This document shows, one piece after another, positions 1 to 10,208 of a stretch of DNA of 64,000 nt. Each line of letters starts with the position of its first letter. The first letter of the stretch is position 1. The notes beneath the pieces were generated by a model. The model had not been told where the DNA came from. It ran no database searches and saw nothing but the letters and a program-made list of their open reading frames with translations. The stretch comes from Epithemia pelagica. Taxonomy: Eukaryota > Protista > Bacillariophyta. The stretch spans positions 372,001 to 436,000 of the forward strand of contig OX337228.1 of NCBI GenBank assembly GCA_946965045.2, written 5' to 3'. The position numbers and the translations under genes were made by a program.

Positions 1-564
1 GGCGATCCTCCCTGTCGAGTGGCTGTGGAAAACAAAATGGATTATCATTACGAAGTCATCGAAAGTACCATTTTGAAATATCCCATTCCCTGGTATCGTC
101 TCAATTGCAGTACGTCGACCGTTATTGTCTTTGATGTCGCCTTGGCCGAAAACCACTACTTTTACCTCGGCGCAACCGAAACAGGCACCAGTTTGTCCAA
201 GTCCAGTTATGTGCGATATTTCAATACAGTCTTGTCGGGGACGATTCGACGTCGATCCGATGGCACACGGGCGCAATTTGGTCGCGTGGTCCAGTATTCC
301 CACTATTACCGACATCCCGAACAGTACAATTATCATGCCTTTATTGGGGTGAGTTGCGATTCGTACAAGTTTCAACCGTGGTTGCAAAATCGACCCCGAC
401 GACATTACTGTGTCTTGCATGGAACCTGTCCCTCCTGTACCCCGCAACAACTGGAAACGGGTCAAGTGTGTTGGGTCACACCCTTGATGCACCCCGCCCG
501 TCATTTCCTCCCCTCTGATTTGCCCCAATTTGATGCCAACAATCACAATGCCATTGTCGTCGGC
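1..564 (+). pseudogene. 5' part of a putative glycosyltransferase-like gene, interrupted by an insertion at 564/565
   Basis: Translation GDPPCRVAVENK...NHNAIVVG matches ORF 44402-45784(-). The match stops after GTCGGC (564) and resumes at AACAC (6676). Confidence 0.9.
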
Positions 565-1326
565 TACCTTTATCACTCGTCGTCCTACCCTTCCCCACTC
601 ACTGAGCACTCACTGAGGAGTAAGTCACTCCCCACACTCCCACTACCTAAGCCCCAAAAATTACTGTACTTCGATTTTTTATTCTAGTGTTGTGTAGGAG
701 TTCCCATTGTGTTGGTGCATGCTGCTGTGTTATGTGTTGTCTTGTGTCGCTCGTGGTCGGGTCGCGAGAGGAGTGGGGGATGGAAGATCTAAGTATTCTG
801 TCACACTATTTATGCAACAAGCACGCCTCGGAGTTTGATTGGCATCCAATAATTGTGAGACAAATGATACTTGGACATAAAGCGTTATAAATCATCCGAT
901 ATAATCGGATGAGGTCACTTATGTGACGCAGTTATTTAAAAACAATTAAGATTACCTAGTGCCCTATCGAAAGTAGGGCACGCTCAATTGTATAAAACTA
1001 ATTAGGCTCACGACTACTAAGTATCCATTCAGAGAACCGATCACTTAGGAAGACGAAAATTACCTAAGGTGCGCTGGCACGACTCCTCGTGACAAAGGAA
1101 GCTAACATACTCTAATAGCCCCGGGGGACTCCTCGTCGCAGGGCGCTCCTCGTGGCTTAACTCCTCGTCGGGCAATAGCTTCTCGTCGTGGACTGCCCCC
1201 TCGATCCGCTTATGCGGATCTCACAGGGGCAGTCCACTCCTCGTCGCTATTGCCCTTCTCGGAGTCTTGCCACTCCTCACACCCTAGCTCCTCCTCGTCC
1301 ACCCTCAGCTATTAAAGTAGACTTAC
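565..1326 (-). mobile_element. Non-autonomous 762-bp derivative of the Crypton-like element
   Basis: Its start (TACCTT..CACTCGTCGTC..TAAGCCC.AAAAATTACTGTACTT) matches 1327-1420. Its end (about 1015-1326) matches about 6365-6675. No credible coding capacity. Confidence 0.8.
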
Positions 1327-1445
1327 TACCTTCACCACTCGTCGTCGTACCTTTCCCAAAACGCTACCCACACTACATAAGCCCTAAAAATTACTGTACT
1401 TGGATTTTTATTTTAGTGTATAAAATTAGAATAGCCCAAAATGAA

Positions 1446-1497
1446 AAAGTAGTACACCCAGGAAAGTAGTACACCCAGAAAAGTAGTACACCCAGGA
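1446..1497 (+). repeat. About 17-bp tandem repeat x3 (AAAGTAGTACACCCAG)
   Basis: Read directly from the sequence. Confidence 0.85.
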
Positions 1498-1996
1498 AAT
1501 CCACAGGGAGAGAATACGGGAAAGAGCACAAAGCGAACAAGAGGTGCACCAACGGAAAAAAGAAGAGCACAACAAACAAACACCACACGAATCAAGCAGC
1601 AAGCACCAGCAACAGCAACGGAAACACAGAGACCAAAAAACAATAATCAAAATGTAGGCAATAATTGAAACACGACACAGACGAGTTTTCACACGACACG
1701 GAAAATTCAGTAGCAAAGAGATGCACCACGAAATTTCATGCCAAGACAGAATTACAAAAATCGTGAACGTGTGAGAAACTGGTACGTAACGTGGAGTGGA
1801 ACGCGGAACAAGTGTCATCATCTAATTCTCACGTACCTTTCGAGACGTCAAGCTAGAGACCACCACCCAAATGGTCATGCAAAGAGCAATAGCGACATCA
1901 ATCTGTCAAAAAGAGTGAATAAAGGGGTAAGAACAATGATACAGCAATCAACAAGAATGCAACAACAACAGCAAACGTACCGAATACTATGGTACT

Positions 1997-4900
1997 TCAA
2001 TAGTGGTAGCTGTATCCATGGCTACCGCCATGGTAACGCGAACCACGATGATGGTGATGATGATGATGATGTGGAGGTGGTGGAGTGTATCCACCACCAC
2101 GGTGGTGGATGTGGTCACGGTAGTACGGTGGGGGTGGTGGCGATGGAGTGTACGGGCGGTGGTGGTATCCTTGGGAAGAATGGTGGTGGGAATGATGATG
2201 AGGATGATATGGCGGCGAGTCGGATGGTGGTGGAGGTGGGGAGTACCAGTTGTTGCGATGATAAGCAACACGATGGTGCTCCTCCACACGACAATCAACC
2301 CGGCGGTCTCGACTACCGTCATTGCGATGATATCCACCGTGATGATTCTGAGAGGGATTGTGGTGGCTGGTGTGGTGTTCCGTCGGAACAAGGGCCGTTG
2401 ACGATGGCACATTTGTGGGTGGTGGTGGCAGTTCCGTGGTCGCAATGGTTGGTGGTGGTGGAGGTGGTTGCGACGTTGATGTGGTCGCAATGGCTGGTGG
2501 AGCTGCAGCGGATACCGTTGGTTCCGTGGTCGCAATGGTTGGTGGTGGTGGTGGTGGTGGTGGCTGTTGCTCAGTCGTTGCTGTTGGGTGTGGATGCGTG
2601 GCCGTAACAGTAGATGGCAGTGGAGGTTGTTTCATGGCTGTTACGGTGGTTGTTGTTGGTGCTTGGACTGTTGCACTGTTTGGAGGTGGTGCATGTTGGT
2701 CCATTGTTGACGTAGCTGGTGGTGGTTGCACGGCCACCGTGGTTGTTGTTGTTGGTGGTGGTGGTGGTACAACGACTGGTGGTGGCGGTTGTGGCGCTTC
2801 ATGCTCGACTGGAGGTGGTGGAGGAGGCTTTGAAGAAGCCACTGGAGTGGACGAAGGTGATGAAACAGGGAATGGCAGTGAGAACATATAAAGCAACAAT
2901 CAAACAAAACAAAACAAAACAATCTACGTACCAACGATGGTAGAGGGCGGAGAAGTTTTCTTTTTCTTTTGACATCGGGAAAGAACTTCAAGCATGCCAT
3001 CCGATGAAGATGACGATGATGATGAGTCCGCGATCGACTTACTCTTCTTCTTCTTCTTCTTGCGTTTTTTCTTGGATTTGGTGTCTGTGGTCAAGAGAAG
3101 ACGGAATGAGATCGATGCAACCAAGAAAACAACAAAGCAACAATCAACTTACCATGGGTTTGCGACTTGGACGACTTGGATGGTTTGTCGTCCAAGAGAC
3201 GAAGGATTCGCGCCAATGAATCCTCGTCTTCGATGGACGAATCGTCATTCTGTTTCTTGGCAGCCTTGAGCTGCTGCAACGCCTTGCGACGGCGAATCTT
3301 CTTCTTGGCCTTTTTCATAAAGGCCTCAATGTCGGTGGAGGACGACGACGAGGACGAGGGGGATGAAGCGGTTTTTGACTCTTTCTTCTTGGATCCCTTC
3401 TCATCTAAACATAATAGCAGAGTAGTTAGTAACAAAGTATAAAGAGTGATTCATGCAATGAGTCTACGTACCATTCTTCGTGTTTTCTTTGTCGGCCTCG
3501 TCGCTCTTTTCGGGTGGACGGTACCAGTTGGCCGTGACGGTCCGAACATGATTTTCTTTCGAGACGTCCTGGTACAGTACGTTGACCTCACTTGACTTGT
3601 GACGGGCGAAGGAGTTCGACGACTTCTGTGGTACTCCACAGTTGGCAACGTTCGAGATTCCGGTGCGTCGGCCGGTCCGGAACGTCACCTTCTCGGCGTT
3701 GTCAAACTTGCAACGAATGGCAAGTTGACGGGCATTCCTCAACGGCCAGTTCACGCCCAATCTACCCGCACACTTGAAGCCAGATCCATCCGCGTCATTC
3801 TGTGAAGTCTCGGGGACGAGCTCAGTCCAACCGAGGTGCTTCGCACCATCCTTGCGGGCCTTGAGGTGTTTTGCGGGTATCTGCTCTAGAAACAGCAGAC
3901 CCTGCCATCCTGGCGGGTGCGCCACTTTCATGATGTGCAAGAGGATCTTGTACGTCGCAAACTTATCATCTGGGTTGTCGATGATCATGTGCGACGAGTC
4001 TTGTGTATCGTTGGCGACTCGATCAAAGGCGAGATTGTTCGTCGCGAGGTGCGACGATTTCTCAAGCACAGATTCTTTGAGAATAATCGCGGGAAGCCCA
4101 GCCAACATTCCGTACGATTTGTCAAGACACGCCTTGAAAATTAAATCGGATACTTTAAGTAGTCTTATCTGGAGACAACATGCAACAACCAAACTGTTAG
4201 ACAACAGCAGCAACAACAACGGCGACAATCAACAAATACAACAACAACAAACAACAACTTACTTCTGGGCCGCGGAGACCGAAGTCTCGGGAAGTCTTGT
4301 AGACTCCCATGCTCAAAGCCGTGGAATACTCGCCGTCTTCAAACGGCCGAAGCTCCGGCTCGCATGTCCGCATCTTTTCTTCGTCGTCGAATGCCGTTGG
4401 TGCACGATTGGGTAGGCGGCCAAATTCGGGTCGGACGAGGGCTGCCTTGTTCCAAATGTTGGCAAGGTAGGCATGGTAATTGCCAAGCCCATGTTTGAGA
4501 TCACTTTGAGCGATCACGATCCCGTGTGTTTTAAGAAGAGCAAAGAGATGGTTCAGCATCTTCATTGTTGTGTTGGGCTGGAAGAAAAACTTGGGGTCCT
4601 CCACCGAATCCGTTTCCATATTGAAACCCCGCATTCGATGGTTCACGAGAAAAACCATTACGCAACTATTCAACAATGTCAATTTCGATGGAGTCTTCAC
4701 TCCGCGGAGAGCAAGAAAGAGGAGCGGCGTTGGTGTATCTCCACCCGACAGTTCATCGATATCTTCGACGATTTCAAGAAGAAAGTGCATCTCGTGATGC
4801 TTTTGAAGACACTCCAAAAATTTGTTGACGGAGGCGGCCTTTTCTTTGTCGTATGACGCCTTGCATCCAGTGAGGTCACGGATGGTGAAGGTGTTGTTGC

Positions 4901-5490
4901 CGTATATGGTTGGAGACAGACGACAATATTGACTCCCGGCGGCCAACGAACGTGCACGAGAAGAGTTCATGGTGGGCGGGTTGAAGGTGACCTCACCAAT
5001 CCGCATGGAGCCCTTTTCGGCATCCCATGTCAGATGCTTCCGTTTGACCAAAGCTTGGGATACAAGCTTGGTATCCACTTTGCAAGATTCCACAACCGTT
5101 GCGGCGTTGAGAAGGGCGTCGTTGGCGCCATTGGGAAGATCGAGACCTTCGATCTGGTGACGACGGGAAGAAGGATCAGGCCTCGCAACATTGCTGAAGG
5201 GAAAAAGGAAACATGGTGGTTAGAATGAGACAGATAAGAATAGAAACAAAACATACTGTCACTTACTTTGATTGCTCTGTAGCTTGGATGTTGTCTTGTT
5301 GTTGTGGTTGTCGACGAGGATTTCGGGAAGGAGGAAGGTTCACTTCCGTTAATGGCGGACGATTGGCACGGTTGTTGGGTGGGCGGCCGGGATTTCGGTA
5401 CGGGTTCACGTTATTGGTTGAGTTTGTGGCGTCCACATTGTTTCTTGCGGCCGCCCGCTCCAGTTGGCGGCGAGATTGTCGAGTCGCCAT
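1997..5490 (-). CDS. Tyrosine recombinase, 6 exons, about 1033 aa, with long low-complexity C-terminus
   Basis: Exons 5490-5267, 5193-4263, 4168-3472, 3404-3153, 3084-2932, 2841-1997. All five introns are GT-AG and the exons sum to 3102 nt in frame. Splicing creates DFGLRGPE|IRLLKVSDL (YR box I). Downstream TFRTGRRTG and ARHKSSEVNVLY give the box II R, H and catalytic Y. Confidence 0.88.
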
Positions 5491-5721
5491 GGTCAGGCTG
5501 TGAAACGACGATGAAAAAACGATGCACAATGAAAAATGAGGGTGAGGAAAGTGAAGACGGTGACACTTGCGAGAAAGTGCGGACACGTAGGTTACACGTA
5601 GGAATCAGTAGGAAACAGAACAGCGACTCAACCATGCGCGCGCGCACGGCAGGTGGTTTGAAATTTTGGGAAGACGTCTGGAACGAAAACACACGACAAT
5701 GGTGGGAAACGCGGCGAAAAC

Positions 5722-6147
5722 TTACCGTCTCTGTAGGATTTCCATGATCCAAGGGTCGGAACTACAGGTGCTGAAGTCGTCGGATGACCCAGTACAGTCG
5801 TGGTAGAGTTCCGAGCGGCGAAAGAGATTGCCATCCCATTCGTCTGTTGCATTGTCCTTGGTGACAAAGACGAGAGTTTCGCCCGAAGAGTCTGATGAGC
5901 AACTAGACGACGAAGACGAACTACAAAGATCTATTACATCAGGAGGGGTGCAAAGGTCTATGACTCCACAATCAACCTGTTTGGAAGCATGAGCAAATCC
6001 ACCAGAAGGAGGAGGAGTCACCATGGTCGGTTGTCTTCCTTTTCTCATCATGTTGTTGCATTGTTGTTGCACAAAATGTGTCGTCTGTGAGAGATTATCG
6101 TGGGAATGTCCGTTGGGGGGTGGGGGATCTAAGTAATATATAGACAT
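5722..6147 (-). CDS. Small ORF (141 aa) upstream of the YR gene, two VIDL motifs, Ser/acidic tract
   Basis: ATG-initiated ORF inside the element; no family recognised. Confidence 0.4.
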   Translation of the reverse strand: MSIYYLDPPPPNGHSHDNLSQTTHFVQQQCNNMMRKGRQPTMVTPPPSGGFAHASKQVDCGVIDLCTPPDVIDLCSSSSSSSCSSDSSGETLVFVTKDNATDEWDGNLFRRSELYHDCTGSSDDFSTCSSDPWIMEILQRR

Positions 6148-6364
6148 TACCTATGTATTCCTGTGTCACGCCTATGTAAACAACACGACTTGTCGTATGT
6201 ACCTATTTGATAGATGCGAGCCATCGGATTTGTTTCGCAAGCACGACAGTATGTTGCTTATTGAGAAACGCGAGCAATCGGATGAGGTGCGCAAGCACGC
6301 AAGCAAGATACCTAGCTAACACTGTACCGGCGCGAATGTAAAAAGCTAAATAGGCCAACTATTA

Positions 6365-6675
6365 CTAAGTATCGATAGAGATAAACGATCACTTAGGAAG
6401 ACCGAAAATTACCTAGGGTGCGCCCGCACGACTCCTCGTGACAAAGGAAGCTAACATACTTTAATAGCCCCGGGGGACTCCTCGTCGCAGGGCGCTCCTC
6501 GTGGCTTAACTCCTCGTCGGGCAATAGCTTCTCGTCGTGGACTGCCCCCTCGATCCGCTTACGCGGATCTCACAGGGGCAGTCCACTCCTCGTCGCTATT
6601 GCCCTTCTCGGAGTTAAGCCACTCCTCACACCCTAGCTCCTCCTCGTCCCAACCTGGCTATTAAAGTAGATTTAC
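6365..6675. repeat. Crypton terminal region with CTCCTCGTC repeats and a nested stem-loop (6519-6604)
   Basis: Stems GGGCAATAGC/GCTATTGCCC, GTGGACTGCCCC/GGGGCAGTCCAC, GATCCGC/GCGGATC. Near-identical copy at 1170-1255. Confidence 0.9.
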
Positions 6676-7494
6676 AACACAACAATCTTTGATACGACAA
6701 ATACGACAATAACAGCAACCGCCAGTCTTGCTCGTTCTTCGTCTTCCGTTCCATCTGGACCAGCACCATCACCATCGCACTCCTCGAGGAACCAGACGAC
6801 GACGACTAGGACCATTACCCTGTGTCCCAGTGGAACCAAGAGACAAACCGGCTTGATTCAGGCCTTGAACGAGTTGATTCAACAAGAAGAACAAGACTCC
6901 AAGAACCACCACAACAACAACAGCAGCAGCCAACCTCCACCCATTCTTCGGTTTCGCGTCTTGTTGCATGCCCGTCAGAGTGCGGGGTCGTCTCATCGTC
7001 GTTGGGCGGACGAGTATGGCCAACAACAAGAATCCTTGCCGTGGATTCGACACCGTGTCACGATTGTGCACGAACAAGGGGACTTTGTCGAGTTTCAACG
7101 CCGGATTGCCACCCAGTGTCACGTGTTGCTTCCCTTGGTCGACCCCAGTTCCACGCCCCAATACTTTCATGACGCGGACGACGATGGCCCCCACCAAACC
7201 AAATTGACGGGCTTTGTCAGTCAAGCCGTCGCCTATCGCCTACCAATGGTCGCCCATGTCGACTTGAAACGCATATATCAAGACTATTGGACGGCACCCG
7301 TCATTACGTACGGGACACCCAGCAGGACCAAAACGACAACGACGACTCGCCCAGTGGCCTCCAATCATTCCACCCCCACATCCACATCCACGGATTCCGG
7401 AAGCCGTCGTCCCCCAGCACCATCACCCTCCCCTTCCTTGACGGACGCCTTGCGACAGGCGATGCGACTTTGGCAGCAAGAGAATCCTGTTTGA
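6676..7494 (+). pseudogene. 3' part of the interrupted glycosyltransferase-like gene
   Basis: LIQALN...KLTGFVSQAVAYRLPMVAH...WQQENPV matches the C-terminal half of 44402-45784. Confidence 0.88.
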
Positions 7495-8109
7495 AGAAGA
7501 TTGCAACTCTGCTTCCAACAGCCACTACGAATCATTGGTCGTAAACTCAACTGGAGTACAGAGTGACCATATCCTATCATTCCAGTCCCGCCCACAAAAC
7601 CAGAGGTGGAGCAGAACACGCACGAAACGAGGTCTCGTCTTTTTTTCGTTGGAACCACAGTGGAATCGATTCCTCATCCTCATTCCTCCCACACGTTCTG
7701 TGTCGAACCGCCGAGACATTGTCCACTCTCGACTATAGAATATAAATGGTTTCGATTCTCTCCGTAGAATCGAGAGCAAAAATGACTTGCATTCTTGTCC
7801 GGCAGTTTCTCTTTTGTGTGGGCGATTGTGCTGGAAAGGTTGACGCGCTCGCGCCACACCAGGACCAAACGGTCGAGCGTGGGTAGTCTTGGTCACGTTG
7901 ACTCGGGTTATTCTCGGTTTCCCAACAAAACCACGAAAAAACCACAGACCCCACATCATCACATCCTCTTTCGATTGTGTGTTCTCTCTCTCTCTATCTC
8001 TTGTGTTGAAACCAAGAGAGTGTGTTGCCACTCCAACACCACGTGTCAAGACTGCGTTCCCAGACAGTCAGAAAGAGAGAGAAAAACAGAGATTGGTACC
8101 ATCATCATC

Positions 8110-8505
8110 ATGCCATGGCGAGAACGGAGTGCTGGTGGTGGTGGTGCCAGTCGACGACAACAAGGGACCGTGTCGAGAGGCTTGCGGCAACAACAGCCAC
8201 AGTCTCGTCGTCGTCCTTCGAGTCGGTCGTAGCGGCTTGTCGTTATGTGGATTGGACTCGTTGTTGTATGCCTGTTGTGGCACCGACTGGTTCATTTTTG
8301 GCATGTCTTGGACGAACGACAACAAGACGAACAAGCAGACAGTTTTGTTTCGTTGCAACGACAACCACCATCAACATTCACCACCACCACCACAAGAAGC
8401 AGCATTCCACCAACCACACCATCAATATCAGCACCAGCACCAGGAGAATCCTTGGGCGAACTATACCATTACAGTGCACGTCATGAAAAGTCGATTCATG
8501 GGTAG
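8110..8505 (+). pseudogene. Truncated, frameshifted copy of the fucosyltransferase N-terminus
   Basis: MPWRERSAG... start and TM segment match 10209 onward. Upstream about 7780-8100 resembles 9880-10200. Confidence 0.8.
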
Positions 8506-8599
8506 ATGCGGCCCAAGGAACAAGCACACAAAAGTCAAGTAAATGGATGAAACAATGATGCGATAGCAGAAATTATCCTTTGACACATACCGAGTTGAT

Positions 8600-9733
8600 T
8601 CACATTTTCTTCAAACATGGACGTGTCCAATTTTTACCCAACAACAAACTGCGAAACACGGCCGAGTTCTTGTCCATCAACGACAGTCTCTCACAATAGT
8701 TTACTCGCACACCAGATATACAAACAATACCAGTCGAAAGAGTAACCATGGTGTGCCAAATACGTGGGACAGTCATTTTTGGAACTATTTCCCAAACTTT
8801 TTTGCATTTTGTGTCTATTACTTCAACAGACTGTTAACAAGAACGGCGCCAACCTCCTGATACAACCAAGCATGATCCAGCTCGAGCCACGGCATGCCCA
8901 TCGCGAGGCTCACTCAAAGCCAAGTCCTCATGTATCTTCCATGGCAAAGAAGCTGACAATACAGATGTTGCGTTGTTCCTTGTCCCGTCATCACATGAAT
9001 CACTCAATTTCAAGTACTCGACTGATTTCAAGGCTTCTGCTTCTAAGTCATGAGATACACCAACAACAACATAAATACACGAGCCAATCACAGTCATTCC
9101 AAAGCTTGCTCGAGGCACGTTGAGGTGTGGGCCGGGCAAGACAAATTGTTGACTTTCTTGTACAGTGTCAATAATGTCGACTGATGCCAACGCTGCTCCA
9201 TCAGGACCCCATCCACCAGCCACAACAATATACCTGTCGCGAATCGAGGCAGTGCAACAGAAGACTCTCGCTTCCGACAATCGACATGTCAGTGTCTCCC
9301 ATGGGTTCTCCTGGTCACATTTCCTGGGTGAGAGAAAATGATTGATATCAATGCGTTCAATGGTGTTCAGGAAGGAATCGCAGTCATTTCGTCCACCAAT
9401 AGCGTACAAGCTGCCATTGCAGACTACCGCAGCGAGAGACTTTCTCGTTTCATTCATAGCTGGCCCCTCAATCCACTTTCTGCAGCTAGTAGATTGTTCA
9501 GCAGCATTCCAAAGGAGGAGCACTGAATTGCTCGCATCCTCATGGTTCTTCTTGCCTCCTACTACCACGACAATTTGTTCCTTGATCTTGTATGGAGGAT
9601 GTACAACAACAGAGGCGTGCATACACCGCTCAAGAGGAGGCCATTCTTGGTCATTTCTTGTCCACAATGCTTGTTGTTCTGGATCGCTGCCCCATACGAG
9701 GCCAGACAAGCGAGCTTGTTGTCTCACATCCAT
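8600..9733 (-). pseudogene. Kelch-repeat protein, frameshifted near 8845
   Basis: Repeated hydrophobic-GG motifs (VVVGG, LYAIGG, IVVAGG, LVVSGG). The paralog at 42252-43381 continues in another frame past this point. Confidence 0.8.
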
Positions 9734-10208
9734 TTTGTATTCCTAGTTGCAATCAAGACGAAACAGTGGTTCTTGTGGTGCCTCTTTCGACAAGTTCGCT
9801 TCAAAGTCTGATCGATGCTTTCTGGTTTGTGTTAGAGGTTGGGAAGAAAGTTGGGAGCAGTGGTTTTGTGGTGACAATGGCGGGTCTGTTTATTTGTGCT
9901 GGAACGGTTGACGCGCTCGCGCCACACCAGGACCAAACGGTCGAGCGTGGGTAGTCCTGGTCCCGTTGACTCGGGTCATTCTCGTTTCCCCAACAAAACC
10001 ACAGACCCCATTATTTTTCTTTTCTCCATTACATCATCTCTTCTTCCAATACGCATATCTAGATTAGATTGATTGTTCTCTCTCTCTTTCTCTTGTTGTG
10101 TTGGAGCCAACCGAGTGTGTCTCCACTCCAACAACACGTTTCAAGAAGGTGACTGTGTTCCCAGAAAGTCTGAAAGAGAGAGAAAAAGAGAGAGGGGTTA
10201 CCATTAGC

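Larger units (their letters stand above)
565..6675 (-). mobile_element. Crypton-like tyrosine-recombinase DNA transposon insertion (short copy plus full copy, head-to-tail)
   Basis: Absent from the paralogous empty site (GTCGGC|AACAC, near 45212 on the minus strand). No TIR and no long TSD; only an imperfect C(T/A)AC at the junctions. Encodes an intron-split YR; no RT or RNase H seen. Confidence 0.85.

Noticed and set aside
1080-1330. CRISPR-like array or intrinsic terminator (CTCCTCGTC repeats with hairpin)
   Set aside because: Repeats are 9 bp and irregularly spaced, there are no cas genes, the context is eukaryotic, and no U-tract follows.
1738-2943. Plus-strand ORFs (289, 177 and 132 aa)
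   Set aside because: Antisense shadows of the Pro/Thr/His-rich exon 6; low-complexity sequence lacks stops.
565-6675. Ngaro/DIRS retroelement (A-B-A-B split direct repeats) or Helitron
   Set aside because: No RT, RNase H or Rep-helicase motifs; no TC...CTRR ends at an AT site. A tandem pair of Crypton-like copies explains the repeats.
8600-9733. Kelch gene as a RAG2-like partner of the nearby RAG1-like transposase
   Set aside because: It lies outside the TIRs, belongs to the duplicated host cassette, has ordinary Kelch GG repeats and shows no PHD finger.
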